64,000 nucleotides of DNA from Nitrospinaceae bacterium (GCA_023271875.1 JALPWY010000001.1:6091-70090), one strand, 5' to 3'; positions 1 through 10,311 are shown, counted from the first letter of the stretch. Numbers and translations: made by a program. Notes: generated by a model not told the origin, from the letters alone.

Positions 1-1
1 G

Positions 2-241
2 GGGTTAAAACCTGGATATTACAACCTCTTCGGCCTGAAACTGATCTGCGTGGTCGTTGCTTTTTTTTTAAGTATCTATCAGACATTCAACCTGCGGGCT
101 CGAATTGCTAATCTAGACCTATCACCAGAAAACCGAAAAATTGTCCCGGAAACGATCCAGCAAATAAAAAAGACAACTGTTCTCGCCCTGATTGTATTTT
201 CTCTCGCTGTCTTTTTTGGAATCTGGTTGGCAAGGTTCTAA
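2..241 (+). CDS. 5'-truncated membrane protein (hypothetical)
   Basis: Frame is open from base 2 (GLKPGYYNLFGLKLICVVVAFFLS...), so the start lies upstream of the window; two hydrophobic helices. Confidence 0.7.
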   Translation, partial: GLKPGYYNLFGLKLICVVVAFFLSIYQTFNLRARIANLDLSPENRKIVPETIQQIKKTTVLALIVFSLAVFFGIWLARF

Positions 242-313
242 GAAAATCAAAAAACCAAAGAATTGTTTTATTCTGACTATTTAGTTACTATGTGTAAAAA
301 TAAGGAGGCCTTC

Positions 314-658
314 TTGAACAATACAAATCCGACCCAAGAACAAAACTCAACCCTCCAGCCGATTACAAAAAATTCTGTCTCAGACAATGAACCCCCATCG
401 ACGCAAGAGGAAACCCCTTTAGAGAAACATCTTGATGAACAAACAATTGATTTGAACGAATTGTTTCCAGATGCTGATACAGATCTCAACAACTTGTTCC
501 CCGATTATGAGGTAAAGCGTCTCCTTAAAAACATCATGAAAAACAAAAAAGATATGGGCTTGATAAAAGAACGTCTCGCTACCGAAAACAAAACACCCAA
601 AGAAACCAAAGAGGGAGAAAACACCGAGGATTCATCGGAACCTGATAAAACAGACTAG
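314..658 (+). CDS. Hypothetical acidic, low-complexity protein
   Basis: ORF 263-658; AAGGAGG RBS at 302-308 precedes an in-frame TTG at 314; tandem DLNELFPD/DLNNLFPD motif. Confidence 0.6.
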   Translation: MNNTNPTQEQNSTLQPITKNSVSDNEPPSTQEETPLEKHLDEQTIDLNELFPDADTDLNNLFPDYEVKRLLKNIMKNKKDMGLIKERLATENKTPKETKEGENTEDSSEPDKTD

Positions 659-733
659 ACCCCAACCACCTATATAAGTTTGCCGCGATAACCTATCCAC
701 CCAAAATTTTAACTGGTAATAAATTTGGACACA

Positions 734-1423
734 TTACGTAGCATTATCTTTCTGCTGCCGTTTTAGCTTATGAATCATTGGAGAAATGTTATCGTAACCT
801 AGTGGGTATCCGATTTTTTCAAAGGTTGCCTTTACTTGCAGGAATGCCTCCAAAGCCCTAGAAAACTGCTCTGTTTTTAAAAAATAATGGCCCTGGGTTT
901 CGTATATTTTTGCTTTGACAATATGCGGTTTAGTGCCTTGAACTTGCCTGACCGCCTTACCAAGCCATTCGCCTGCCTTATCGAAATCCGAGTGCTCCAT
1001 ATAAAACTCACCCATCTTTTTCATTGCCCGCCCCTCACCGATTTTATCCTGTAGCTTTTGGTGATACTCAACGGCCGACAGGTAGGCATTTTTTGTTTCT
1101 TTTAACTTATGAGCAAATTTGTAAATATCACCAATTGACTCATATGTTCTAGCGGCGCGTTTGAAGTTTTTTCGTTCTTCAAATAACGCGATGGCTTTTT
1201 TGTAATTTTCTACTGCCTGATCGAATTCGTGGTAGAAAAAATTTTGTGAAGCTATTTGGATGAGTCGGTCAGCTTCATCCTTAGCATCAATGGGTGGGGT
1301 AATTGCTCCGTTGGGTCCCTCATAAAAAACCTTATCCAGACCAATCCTGAAAAATAAACCAAAAACAATTATTAAACTAACGATGAGGGTAATCTTACCC
1401 TTGGACTGTAGTTTTTGTACCAT
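734..1423 (-). CDS. Membrane-anchored tetratricopeptide-repeat protein
   Basis: N-terminal TM helix, then helical repeats (AVENYKKAIALF, ARTYESIGDIY, AMKKMGEFY, ALEAFLQV). Confidence 0.75.
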   Translation of the reverse strand: MVQKLQSKGKITLIVSLIIVFGLFFRIGLDKVFYEGPNGAITPPIDAKDEADRLIQIASQNFFYHEFDQAVENYKKAIALFEERKNFKRAARTYESIGDIYKFAHKLKETKNAYLSAVEYHQKLQDKIGEGRAMKKMGEFYMEHSDFDKAGEWLGKAVRQVQGTKPHIVKAKIYETQGHYFLKTEQFSRALEAFLQVKATFEKIGYPLGYDNISPMIHKLKRQQKDNAT

Positions 1424-1480
1424 GACGCTCGCTGCAGATTATAGAAGGCGCTCTTTAAATGATAACAGCATTCGAGAGGG

Positions 1481-2476
1481 CTAAATTACTTGCACACGGA
1501 GTCCTCTCTGAACAAAACGGAATGGAATTACCTGACCCTTGAGGCGGACCAGCTCCAAGACAACTGACTCTCTTTTTCTAGACGGCACCATGAAAGCAAT
1601 GCACCCTCCTCCACCTGCGCCACAAACTTTGGCAGCCTGTGCCCCTTTTTTCATCGCGCCTGCGATAAGCCTATCCATGTGTGGAGTGCTAATAGTTGGC
1701 GCTAGTGCTTTTCGCGCCTCCCACTCGCGGGCAAACAAAGCAGTCACCTTTTTCATCTGCCCTAAGGTCAATGCTTTATCCATCTCTCTTGCTATCTGCG
1801 CTATTTTTTTCAACTTTTCCATAATTGCGCGATCCTTATCTAAAGCCTTCTTCATGACTTTCCAGTTGTTAATACCAGATCGCCTGGGGTTTCCGGTATA
1901 GCACAAAACCATACTCGCGCTAAGTTTTTGCAAGGAAAAGGGCAAAGTAACCGAATCTACACCATCAAACCCTGGTCGCACCGAGCGAACCCCTCCATAT
2001 AACGGGGGAAAATAATCCTGCCAGCCGGTAGGAACTGAAATGACTTGAGTCTCAATATTCATTGCTGCTTCCAGCATCTGTTTTTTACTGAGACCCTTTT
2101 TCGTAAATGCATTGAGCGCACCATGTAAAGCTATATTCAAAGCTGACGACCCACCAATTCCAGAACCAGGTGGCGCCTTGCTGGATGTCACAATATTCAA
2201 CCCTTGTTTCGGTTGATAATATTTAAGGGTTTTTAAAATGAGGTCCAGGGAGTGGCTCTCGGGCAAAGATACAATCGAGTTGAATCTGGCCTGACATTGA
2301 AGGTCTTTCGATTTCACAAAAACCTTCCGGTCGCTTCTTGGAGTTAACTCGACCGTAGCATAAAGATTAATAGCCGCATTGAGCGTGGGAGGGTTCCCAA
2401 ATTGAAGGTAGAGAGGCCATATATCCAAGGTCCCCCCGGCCAAATCGATTCGAGTAGGCGCGGTACTTTTAATCAT
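1481..2476 (-). CDS. GHMP kinase, HddA-like sugar-phosphate kinase
   Basis: APTRIDLAGGTLD N-terminus, PPGSGIGGSS P-loop, TGWQD and KVCGAGGGGC motifs. Confidence 0.85.
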   Translation of the reverse strand: MIKSTAPTRIDLAGGTLDIWPLYLQFGNPPTLNAAINLYATVELTPRSDRKVFVKSKDLQCQARFNSIVSLPESHSLDLILKTLKYYQPKQGLNIVTSSKAPPGSGIGGSSALNIALHGALNAFTKKGLSKKQMLEAAMNIETQVISVPTGWQDYFPPLYGGVRSVRPGFDGVDSVTLPFSLQKLSASMVLCYTGNPRRSGINNWKVMKKALDKDRAIMEKLKKIAQIAREMDKALTLGQMKKVTALFAREWEARKALAPTISTPHMDRLIAGAMKKGAQAAKVCGAGGGGCIAFMVPSRKRESVVLELVRLKGQVIPFRFVQRGLRVQVI

Positions 2477-2596
2477 GCAATCAAATTTAGGACACCTGAA
2501 AAAGGAAGTCTCGAGTGAATGATGGATAGGAAAAAAGACCCATCCTGTCCGTCTAACTCTCCATAGGTTGTCGAAGTGGTCAGATATTAATCTTTA

Positions 2597-3229
2597 CTAT
2601 AATTTTTCGGACTTTTCCGACCCTTGCTCTATCTGGTTTATTTTATTTGTCAACTTTTGAACTAAGACCTCATAGGAATCCTTGCGGATAATTTTAGTAA
2701 ACTGAGAGCGGTAATTGCGGATCATACTGACACCTTCAATAACAAAATCATATACCTTCCAATGCCCATTTTCTTCGATGAGCTTATAATCAACCCCAAT
2801 AGTACTGCTTCGACGAACTACCTCCGTCTTAATAAGGGCATATTTCCCCTTGATTATTTCATCAAGGTAGTTGATTTTTTCATCTCTGTAAGCTTCAAGT
2901 TTATTGGCATAGGAATTCTCAAGCAACGATTTAAATAACACAATAAATTCCTGTCGTTCCTGATCCGAGCGAGCATCCCAGTTTTTAGCAAGTGAGCGCA
3001 TCACCATTTGGCGATAGTTAAATCGCTCGTCGATGGTCTTTCGCAAAGCTGCTCTACGAGCTTGGTGATCATTCTTCATAGCCTCATCTTTGACAATTTT
3101 AATCACCTTGTCGATGGTGCTTTTTAATTGACTTTTAATTTCTGAATCTGCAAAACAGACGGTCACCATAGATAAATAAATCATCAAACCGACCACAACT
3201 AAATGCATGTAAAACCGTTGTCGTTTCAT
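2597..3229 (-). CDS. MlaC/Ttg2D (HpnM-like) periplasmic lipid-binding protein
   Basis: Signal peptide; WKVYDFVIEGVSMIRNYRSQF signature of the MlaC family. Confidence 0.88.
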   Translation of the reverse strand: MKRQRFYMHLVVVGLMIYLSMVTVCFADSEIKSQLKSTIDKVIKIVKDEAMKNDHQARRAALRKTIDERFNYRQMVMRSLAKNWDARSDQERQEFIVLFKSLLENSYANKLEAYRDEKINYLDEIIKGKYALIKTEVVRRSSTIGVDYKLIEENGHWKVYDFVIEGVSMIRNYRSQFTKIIRKDSYEVLVQKLTNKINQIEQGSEKSEKL

Positions 3230-3482
3230 CTGAATTTATAACCCTTTCAATACAGAAATAAATAGTTTCACTTTTAACCAAGCTAAGGTAACTCTAACAA
3301 ATATGGAAAACTCTATCAAGTATCCATAGCTAAACTGTCCTTTGAAAGCCCATGCCATGAAGCAAATATTCCTAAGCCTAAAAATATCCTTCGCCCGGAA
3401 TTCCTGATGCTACTAATTCTTGAAAATCAGGAATACTTATCATCATTAGTGAAGATAAAAAAATAAAAAAATATTTCGCTGG

Positions 3483-5984
3483 TTATTTAACTTCTGGTCC
3501 GAGAGGCTTAAAAACTACAATAAGTAAAGGCAATAAAGTTAAATTACTTAAAAGTGCTACGGCCATGGCAATCCCAGTGAGGAAACCAAAATATATCGTG
3601 GGAATAAAATTGGATAAGGTCAAGACGGAAAACCCAACAGTTACAGTGATGGAGGTATAATAAATGGCCCGACCAATACTCCCGTGGCAAAGCATAATAC
3701 CTTCCCTATAGTTTGGGTTTCTGGAAAACTCCCGTTTAAACCTGTGCACGTAATGAATCGCGGCATCTACAGCAATACCTATAGTGATAGCCGCGATGGT
3801 AATTGTCATCATATCGAGCGGAATCTTCAACCAACCCATCAGGCCAAGAATTACGCCTGCCGAAAGAATGTTAGGGATAATTGCGAACACAGCCAAACCA
3901 ATGTTGCGAAATAAAATGATAAACATAAAAAGAATCGCAACAAACACTACCCCGAGTGTCATGATTTGCGACTGGTAAAGACTGCGCAGCATGTTGTTAT
4001 ATAAAACTGCCATTCCCGTGAAATGGATCCTTTCTTCAGCAACCTTCAATTCGTCCACTAAGTGCCGCTTGATCTTTTCCATTAATTCCCCACGATTTAA
4101 AGTAGGGTTGGTTTCCTCTATGCGTAGTGTAATGCGGATCTGATTTGCATCAGCAGACAAATATGGGTTAAGAAATGTTTTTTTTGCCTCTTTTGGGAAA
4201 AGCTTCCTATAAAGAGTCAAGTCATAATCATCGGGAACCTGACCATCGTTCAGCAACCTAACCACCTTCAAGGTCGTTGCTATAGAGAGAACTTTCCCAA
4301 TCTGCGGTTGAGTTTCAAGGTAGTCGTGTATTTTTTCAACTTCTAACAATTTTTCGGAATTAAACCAGTAGTTTTCCTCTTCGTATTCTTCAACCTCGCT
4401 AAACGGGTCATCGGATAAGTCTATTGCCAATCGGTCTTTTTCCACTTCTTTTAAATAAGTAAAAAAATCTTTCTCCGCATCAATAATGATACTCAAGGGC
4501 GTGGTTCCTCCAAGCTGGGTATCAATGACGCTCATCCCTTGGTAAATTTCTGTGTCTTTTTTGAAATAGTCAATAAATCGATTATCCACCTGCAATTGAA
4601 ATACTCCCGCAACGCTCATTAGAGCAAGAATAGCTGATATGAAAAGAATCTTATTTCTGTTGCCAAGGGCAAACAATCCGATACTGCTAGTTAAACGTTT
4701 GGTAATATCGTGACTGGACACTGCTTGCTTCGGACTCATTAACTTTAGGAACGATGGGAAAAAAATAAAAGAAATAACAAACGCATATGTGATTCCAATC
4801 GTCATGATCCAGCCAAAATCAATTACCGGTCGTATTCCGCTTACCATCAAGGAAACAAATGCCACAATGGTTGTGATCGCGGTATAGAAACAGGGTTGGA
4901 ACATCAGCCTAGTGGTGGTAGAAACTAATTCGGCTTGACCCATGTTGGGGTTTCCAGCATGCAGTTCTCCGTATCTGACTATCAGGTGAATCGTTAGCGC
5001 GATAGTAACAATCGTAAGAATGGAAATAAAATTAGAGGATATCACCGTAACCCTCCAATCCAACCACCCTAAGAAGCCCAACATGATCCAAGCTGCAAAA
5101 GCACAACAGAGCAAAGGAAGAACAACCCATCTAATTTTTCTAAAAAAGAACCACATTGAAACGATCATGAGACCAAATACCCCGACACCAAACACATAAA
5201 GATCGCTTTCTATCAAGTCGACCATGTCAGATGTGATCATAGGTAGACCGCCCAAAAATATCTTTGCCTTATTTCGATATTTATCCAGAATGGAACGGAC
5301 TTTTTTGATCTCCTCTCTTTGGATATCCTGTATATGTGCAAGGTGCTTTTTATACTCAAGAGAAGTTTGGTGTAATTTTATTTCTTCTTCTGACGTCAAA
5401 GACCCCTGGCTTCTCTTTTTTTCTCGCAGTTCATCCCTTCCCTCCATGAGGGAATAATATTTTTTATCTCGCTTGTAAAATGCCAATAGAGAAGTGGTTT
5501 TCCCATCGGGACTGACCAAAAGTTTCTTATAAATGGGGCTAGTCGTAAATTCTTTCTGAGCTAGTTTCTTATCCAACTCAGGAGTATCCAAAGTCCTTTT
5601 ATTGCTTTCCAACTCCGATATTTTAATCCTTGGACTATCTAACAAAGGGACATCCAAAATGCTCACCACCGACTCAATTCTTTCTAACTTAGAAAGATCT
5701 TCCTTCAATCCCCGTAAACCATCTAATGAATCCTTCGACAAAAGTTCTCCGAACGGGGCATAGGTGATAATCAGAAAATCCTCCGTGCCATAGGCCTTCC
5801 CGATCGTTCGGTGGTAACGCAAGTCCTGATCATTTTCAAGAACCAACGAGTCCGCAGACGCATCCAATCTGAAATTTTTTACATAAATCCCAGATACTCC
5901 TAAAGCCAAGGCAATAAAGACCAGCCATACCTTGGGATAAGCTAACACCAGTTGATTGTAAAGGTTCGATGGTATGGGTTTCAT
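3483..5984 (-). CDS. MMPL/RND-family lipid exporter
   Basis: 833 aa; duplicated multi-TM halves with large soluble loops; GIAVDAAIHYVHRF motif. Confidence 0.88.
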   Translation of the reverse strand: MKPIPSNLYNQLVLAYPKVWLVFIALALGVSGIYVKNFRLDASADSLVLENDQDLRYHRTIGKAYGTEDFLIITYAPFGELLSKDSLDGLRGLKEDLSKLERIESVVSILDVPLLDSPRIKISELESNKRTLDTPELDKKLAQKEFTTSPIYKKLLVSPDGKTTSLLAFYKRDKKYYSLMEGRDELREKKRSQGSLTSEEEIKLHQTSLEYKKHLAHIQDIQREEIKKVRSILDKYRNKAKIFLGGLPMITSDMVDLIESDLYVFGVGVFGLMIVSMWFFFRKIRWVVLPLLCCAFAAWIMLGFLGWLDWRVTVISSNFISILTIVTIALTIHLIVRYGELHAGNPNMGQAELVSTTTRLMFQPCFYTAITTIVAFVSLMVSGIRPVIDFGWIMTIGITYAFVISFIFFPSFLKLMSPKQAVSSHDITKRLTSSIGLFALGNRNKILFISAILALMSVAGVFQLQVDNRFIDYFKKDTEIYQGMSVIDTQLGGTTPLSIIIDAEKDFFTYLKEVEKDRLAIDLSDDPFSEVEEYEEENYWFNSEKLLEVEKIHDYLETQPQIGKVLSIATTLKVVRLLNDGQVPDDYDLTLYRKLFPKEAKKTFLNPYLSADANQIRITLRIEETNPTLNRGELMEKIKRHLVDELKVAEERIHFTGMAVLYNNMLRSLYQSQIMTLGVVFVAILFMFIILFRNIGLAVFAIIPNILSAGVILGLMGWLKIPLDMMTITIAAITIGIAVDAAIHYVHRFKREFSRNPNYREGIMLCHGSIGRAIYYTSITVTVGFSVLTLSNFIPTIYFGFLTGIAMAVALLSNLTLLPLLIVVFKPLGPEVK

Positions 5985-6419
5985 AACTTGTAAGGGTAAA
6001 GAGTATGTTGGAGATTCGATTAAAACCGCGTCAAGAAAACAAGCTCTTTTAAAAACCCAACTCTACGAAAGAGGAGGTCTTAAAATTTCGAAAAGGCACG
6101 TCTCTGTAGCTATCTTTTATACCGTTTGTCTAGCTAATTAAGGAAATAGTGTATGCAGAATCGGAAATTACTGCTACACGTTAAGAGAAGACATGAATAA
6201 CGCGGCGAAATTATCACGAAACCTTTCACGAGTCAATGTGGGTTGCCGTCAAAAAAAATAGCAACGTATTGATGCTATTGTATACTTCAGGCACCAAACC
6301 GAAGTTTTTTTCTCTTCCATACTGTCGCACCGCGCAGTTCCTCTTTTAGTTAATACTCATATGAACAACTTAAACACGCAACTTATTTGGTTTTAAAAAG
6401 GGTACCTTAAAAAAATCTA

Positions 6420-6448
6420 TTGACGCCTATAATTCAATACTTTATGAT
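6420..6448 (+). promoter_or_regulatory. Putative sigma70 promoter for the lipoprotein pair
   Basis: TTGACG-17 bp-TATGAT, about 40 bp before the ATG at 6488. Confidence 0.55.
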
Positions 6449-6487
6449 ATAATACCATTTAATGAACCGCTTAAAGTAAAGATACCG

Positions 6488-7459
6488 ATGATAAAGTCTT
6501 ACCCAAGCAAAAAATTTACATGCGCAATTGCCCTAACTCTAGTAGCTTTAATTGGTGCAGGCTGCGGCAAAGCCAGAGTCGATGTTTTTCACGAGGCTGG
6601 GGACAATTGGGATTATCCCAAATCCGTAGCTATACTTCCTTTCTCTTTCGATTCTGCGGTTGAGGAAAATAAATCTACTCATTCAATTCTACGTAAAACA
6701 TTTTTTAATTACTTTAGTTACTTGGGATACAACGATATACCTCTTAACACAGTCGATTTAAAATTAGACCCTATAATTGAAACTGGCGTTAGCGTTGATG
6801 ATATATCCACCAGTCAGTTGATGAAAGTTCTTGAAGTCGACGCGGTCATCCGGGGACACGTTATAAACTCCACCAACTTCACTGCTGGAATTTACGCTGA
6901 AACAAGTATCGAAGCAAAGTTAGAAATGATCGACTTGCGAACAGACGCAGTGCTATGGGACACCAAACACAATGAGCTTAACTCTTCTGGTATTACTACG
7001 CCCTCACTGGTAGACATGATTCACGACCAAACAGAAAACTCTAATGTGAACAAGGCCTACCATCGGGTTGCGGAGTCCTTTGCTCTGAAAGTGCTTGCGA
7101 AAACCCCCGATCCCGCAAGCTTACGTCATAACGAAGTTCGCCTGCCCCAAATCGCATCCGTTGAAACGAATATAAAAGGAAATTATAAATTGCGGCCCAA
7201 TGACCTTATATACGTAAGCATTAAAGGAGAACCCGATTTGGTTGGTCACTTTGACATTGGAAGCTTCAAGACAGGAATACCGATGAAGGAAGTCTCGCCG
7301 GGTCTTTACACGGGAAACTACCGCGTTAAAAAGGGAGACAAAATTGATAACGCCCTGATCGTTGCAAACTTGTCCAATAAAGAAGGTTTGACCGCGAAGA
7401 AGTTCTATAAAAAAGCATTGGCCATCAAAGAAACACACGCAATACCGGAGAAAAAATGA
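6488..7459 (+). CDS. Lipoprotein, DUF799/GNA1162-like domain plus C-terminal beta-rich domain
   Basis: Lipobox LIGAGC; SVAILPF...EVDAVIRGHV...MIDLRTDAVLW pattern. Confidence 0.7.
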   Translation: MIKSYPSKKFTCAIALTLVALIGAGCGKARVDVFHEAGDNWDYPKSVAILPFSFDSAVEENKSTHSILRKTFFNYFSYLGYNDIPLNTVDLKLDPIIETGVSVDDISTSQLMKVLEVDAVIRGHVINSTNFTAGIYAETSIEAKLEMIDLRTDAVLWDTKHNELNSSGITTPSLVDMIHDQTENSNVNKAYHRVAESFALKVLAKTPDPASLRHNEVRLPQIASVETNIKGNYKLRPNDLIYVSIKGEPDLVGHFDIGSFKTGIPMKEVSPGLYTGNYRVKKGDKIDNALIVANLSNKEGLTAKKFYKKALAIKETHAIPEKK

Positions 7460-8709
7460 ACACTAACTTTATTAGCTTTACACAGAGCTTTGGACACGCT
7501 GTTAAAGTAGCGCTTGTTCTCATGCTGACTTTAACATTCACCGCCTGCACAACCAGTTTACAGTCTAAAGTGGCGGGAAACTTAAATCAAGTCTCTGCGC
7601 AACAACAATCTATGGCGATCCTTCCTGTCGAAATCCTAAAAAAAGACCAGAAAGAAACAGCGAGGATGCTTCGCCAGGGACTTTACGCCCATCTCAAGAA
7701 ATCTAATTTCAACCTTATCGAACGCTATGTTGTGGATGGTCTTCTTAAACAACACGACCTGAATAACCCAGCAGATTTTCTTAAAATAAACCCAATGCGA
7801 TTCGCTGAGATTCTTGGTGCCGACGCTGTATTGATTTCTCGTGTCAATAAGGTTGAACGCTCTTACGTTGTCGTCCATTCTTCAATAGAAATCGGAGTCT
7901 CTGCACAACTGGTTGACACACGAACAGGAGAAATTTTATGGCGTGCAGAACAAACCGAACAGGATTACCAAGGCATTGCTAAGATCCCGACTGGCATTTC
8001 AGCCGCCGTTCTAGGGCCAATCAGATTCGTAACTAACAAACTCAACCTGCGCCGCTTAACTTCCAAACTCGTGGAAAAGCTGACCGCAATCGTTAAAAAT
8101 CCAGAGGGCGCAGAAAAAAGAGAAACTTTTGAAGAACCTCTGATCGCCTCAACAACAACCCGTGACCTTGATAAAATTAAAACGGTCAATGCCCTAGAAA
8201 CCGAGTGGGCTAAAGATTCCGCCACTTATACTAAACTTCCTTTTCCTAGTAAAACTCAAAGGAGCTTTCAAGAAGGATCAAGCTCAACCCGACAACGATT
8301 CGTGCCAGAGGTTGAAGCAACACTTCCCAGTCATGTCAACTGGGTACCCAGAAAAACGAATTTACAAACTGTGACGCCAGAGCAACGAACAGAAATCCTG
8401 GATCAGTCGAATATTTTCACTACGGTCCCAGCAAGCATTACGTCGACCCAAAAGTCAACTCGAAGCGAACCACCTCAATACACGATTCAGGTGGGTGCCT
8501 ATAAAACAGAGTCAAACGCCAAACAAGTGGTCAGCAACTTATTAGAAAAAGGGTATCGAGCCCACGTCAGTTCTGATCTGAAAGATGGTGCACCACTGTT
8601 TAAAGTTCACATAGATGAATTCAGCAATAAAAATGAAGCCCGCAAACTTGCCAAAAAATTAACTACAAAAGAAAACCTTCCAAGCTTCGTCACCACCAGC
8701 ATAAACTGA
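7456..8709 (+). CDS. Lipoprotein, DUF799/GNA1162-like domain plus C-terminal SPOR domain
   Basis: Lipobox TFTAC; AILPV...LGADAVL...LVDTRTGEILW; SPOR signature YTIQVGAYKTESNAKQVVSNLLEKGY; ATGA overlap with the previous gene. Confidence 0.8.
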   Translation: MNTNFISFTQSFGHAVKVALVLMLTLTFTACTTSLQSKVAGNLNQVSAQQQSMAILPVEILKKDQKETARMLRQGLYAHLKKSNFNLIERYVVDGLLKQHDLNNPADFLKINPMRFAEILGADAVLISRVNKVERSYVVVHSSIEIGVSAQLVDTRTGEILWRAEQTEQDYQGIAKIPTGISAAVLGPIRFVTNKLNLRRLTSKLVEKLTAIVKNPEGAEKRETFEEPLIASTTTRDLDKIKTVNALETEWAKDSATYTKLPFPSKTQRSFQEGSSSTRQRFVPEVEATLPSHVNWVPRKTNLQTVTPEQRTEILDQSNIFTTVPASITSTQKSTRSEPPQYTIQVGAYKTESNAKQVVSNLLEKGYRAHVSSDLKDGAPLFKVHIDEFSNKNEARKLAKKLTTKENLPSFVTTSIN

Positions 8710-8771
8710 ATTTCAAAACTCGATTTTTTTTAACGTGGAGCCAACGAGTTTACTCAACTGCGGTTTCCAGT

Positions 8772-9905
8772 TCACAAAAAACTATCCAGCAAATCAAAAA
8801 ATCTATCGGCTTCGTCCTTACTGTTGTAGTAATGCGGCGAAAGTCGAACTAACCCATCACGCACGGTCAAAGACACATTGTTCTCCAGCATGTAAGTGGA
8901 AAATTGTTGCGGTTCAGCTTTCAGCTCATAAGATATGATCCCCGATCTTTCCTTTTGGACTTTCGAATTGAATATTTTAATCCCCCGTTTTTGTAGACCT
9001 TCCATCAAGTAATCTCCCTGCGATAGGACACTGGATTGAATCGAATCAATCCCTATTTCCCCCAACAGGTCAAGCGCTGCGCCCAACGCGTAAATACTCA
9101 TAGTATTAAAACTACCTTCCTCAAAGCGTTTAGCATCTGGACGAAAAGTAAAATCATAATTCATAAAATCCCATGCATCCACCACGCTATCCCATCCGAC
9201 ACTAACTGGATAAATTTTCTCTAACACGTTCTTCGAAATATAAAACCCGCCTAACCCTTCAACACTCAACATCCATTTGTGACCATCAGCGGAGAGAAAA
9301 TCAATGTTATCGCGTTTCACATCCATTTCTAAAATCCCCAAACTCTGAATAGCGTCGACGCAAAACAAAATGTTATTTTCTCTACAAAAGGCACCTATTC
9401 GATTCAAATCATTTTTAAAACCACTATTACACTCGACCGAACTAACGGACACAATACGTGTTCGTTTATCGGTTTGCTCAATCAAGTCATCGAACACTAC
9501 ACGACCATCCTTTGACTTCACCATACGTGTTTCCACTCCAAAACGCTCCAAGTTCCACCACGGATAAACGTTGGCAGGAAACTCAATGTCCGGAATCACC
9601 ACATTATCGCCTGGGTTCCAATCTAACCCGTTCGCGACAATAGAGATTCCTTCCGATGTATTTTTAACAAATGCCACTTCATCAACATCTCCATTTATTA
9701 GCCAAGCAAATTTTCCACGCACTCTTTCCACTTCCTCCATCCATTTCTTATAATTTTTTGTTCCATTCTCACAGGCATCATTAGTAAACGCGTTTACTGC
9801 ATCGCGAACCCTTCGAGGCAATGGTGAAACCTTGGCATGATCAAAAAATATCCGGGTGGCTTTAACTGGGAACTCCTGTTGCAACTGTTTTTCGTGTGGG
9901 TTCAT
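8772..9905 (-). CDS. Class V PLP-dependent aminotransferase (cysteine desulfurase-like fold)
   Basis: FDHAKVSP, KNTSEG, VDAIQSLG, ADGHKWML (PLP Lys), RFEEGS, RLSPHYYN. Start placed at ATG 9905 because the upstream in-frame extension is a lexA remnant. Confidence 0.88.
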   Translation of the reverse strand: MNPHEKQLQQEFPVKATRIFFDHAKVSPLPRRVRDAVNAFTNDACENGTKNYKKWMEEVERVRGKFAWLINGDVDEVAFVKNTSEGISIVANGLDWNPGDNVVIPDIEFPANVYPWWNLERFGVETRMVKSKDGRVVFDDLIEQTDKRTRIVSVSSVECNSGFKNDLNRIGAFCRENNILFCVDAIQSLGILEMDVKRDNIDFLSADGHKWMLSVEGLGGFYISKNVLEKIYPVSVGWDSVVDAWDFMNYDFTFRPDAKRFEEGSFNTMSIYALGAALDLLGEIGIDSIQSSVLSQGDYLMEGLQKRGIKIFNSKVQKERSGIISYELKAEPQQFSTYMLENNVSLTVRDGLVRLSPHYYNSKDEADRFFDLLDSFL

Positions 9906-9947
9906 ACGCTTGTCTCGCCTATTTAAAATGTCTATAGATCCCTTACC

Positions 9948-10149
9948 AACGACTTCGATTGCACGGTTTCTGCTGTGATGTTTGCGGATCAGTCTTTTGC
10001 ACTCGAGATGAACTAGATGTTTATGCACTGTCGCCGAAGAACCAAGCTTGAACTGTTTCCCAATTTTAGCAATGCTTATCGCGTAAACTTCCTTGTATAT
10101 GTTTTTTCAGAAACTCATAAATTTCCTTCTGACGTTTAGTTAGAAACAT
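9948..10149 (-). pseudogene. lexA: LexA N-terminal DNA-binding domain remnant (frameshifted)
   Basis: From ATG 10149: MFLTKRQKEIYEFLKKHIQ; after a frameshift at about 10088-10110: YAISIAKIGKQFKLGSSATVHKHLVHLECKRLIRKHHSRNRAIEVV. This is the LexA winged HTH; no peptidase domain follows. Confidence 0.8.
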
Positions 10150-10311
10150 AAAATTTCTCAATATCTGAATGAATTAGCTGCTAGTAAAGTATTTTCACGA
10201 TAGACGAATAAAAATAAAAATCAATGCTCACATACACTTACAAGTAACAATTACAGAGGCTTTTCTCTAACTTTTTCCTAACCAATATATGCACTATTCA
10301 CAAAATGAGCG

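Noticed and set aside
5985..6400. Possible sRNA or riboswitch (minus-strand AATAGCA/TGCTATT hairpin plus T tract near 6251-6279)
   Set aside because: A single AT-rich hairpin with no recognisable family; it would need an Infernal/Rfam search.
9906..10028. N-terminal extension of the aminotransferase in the ORF track
   Set aside because: It is the 3' half of the lexA remnant; the enzyme fold starts at Met 9905.
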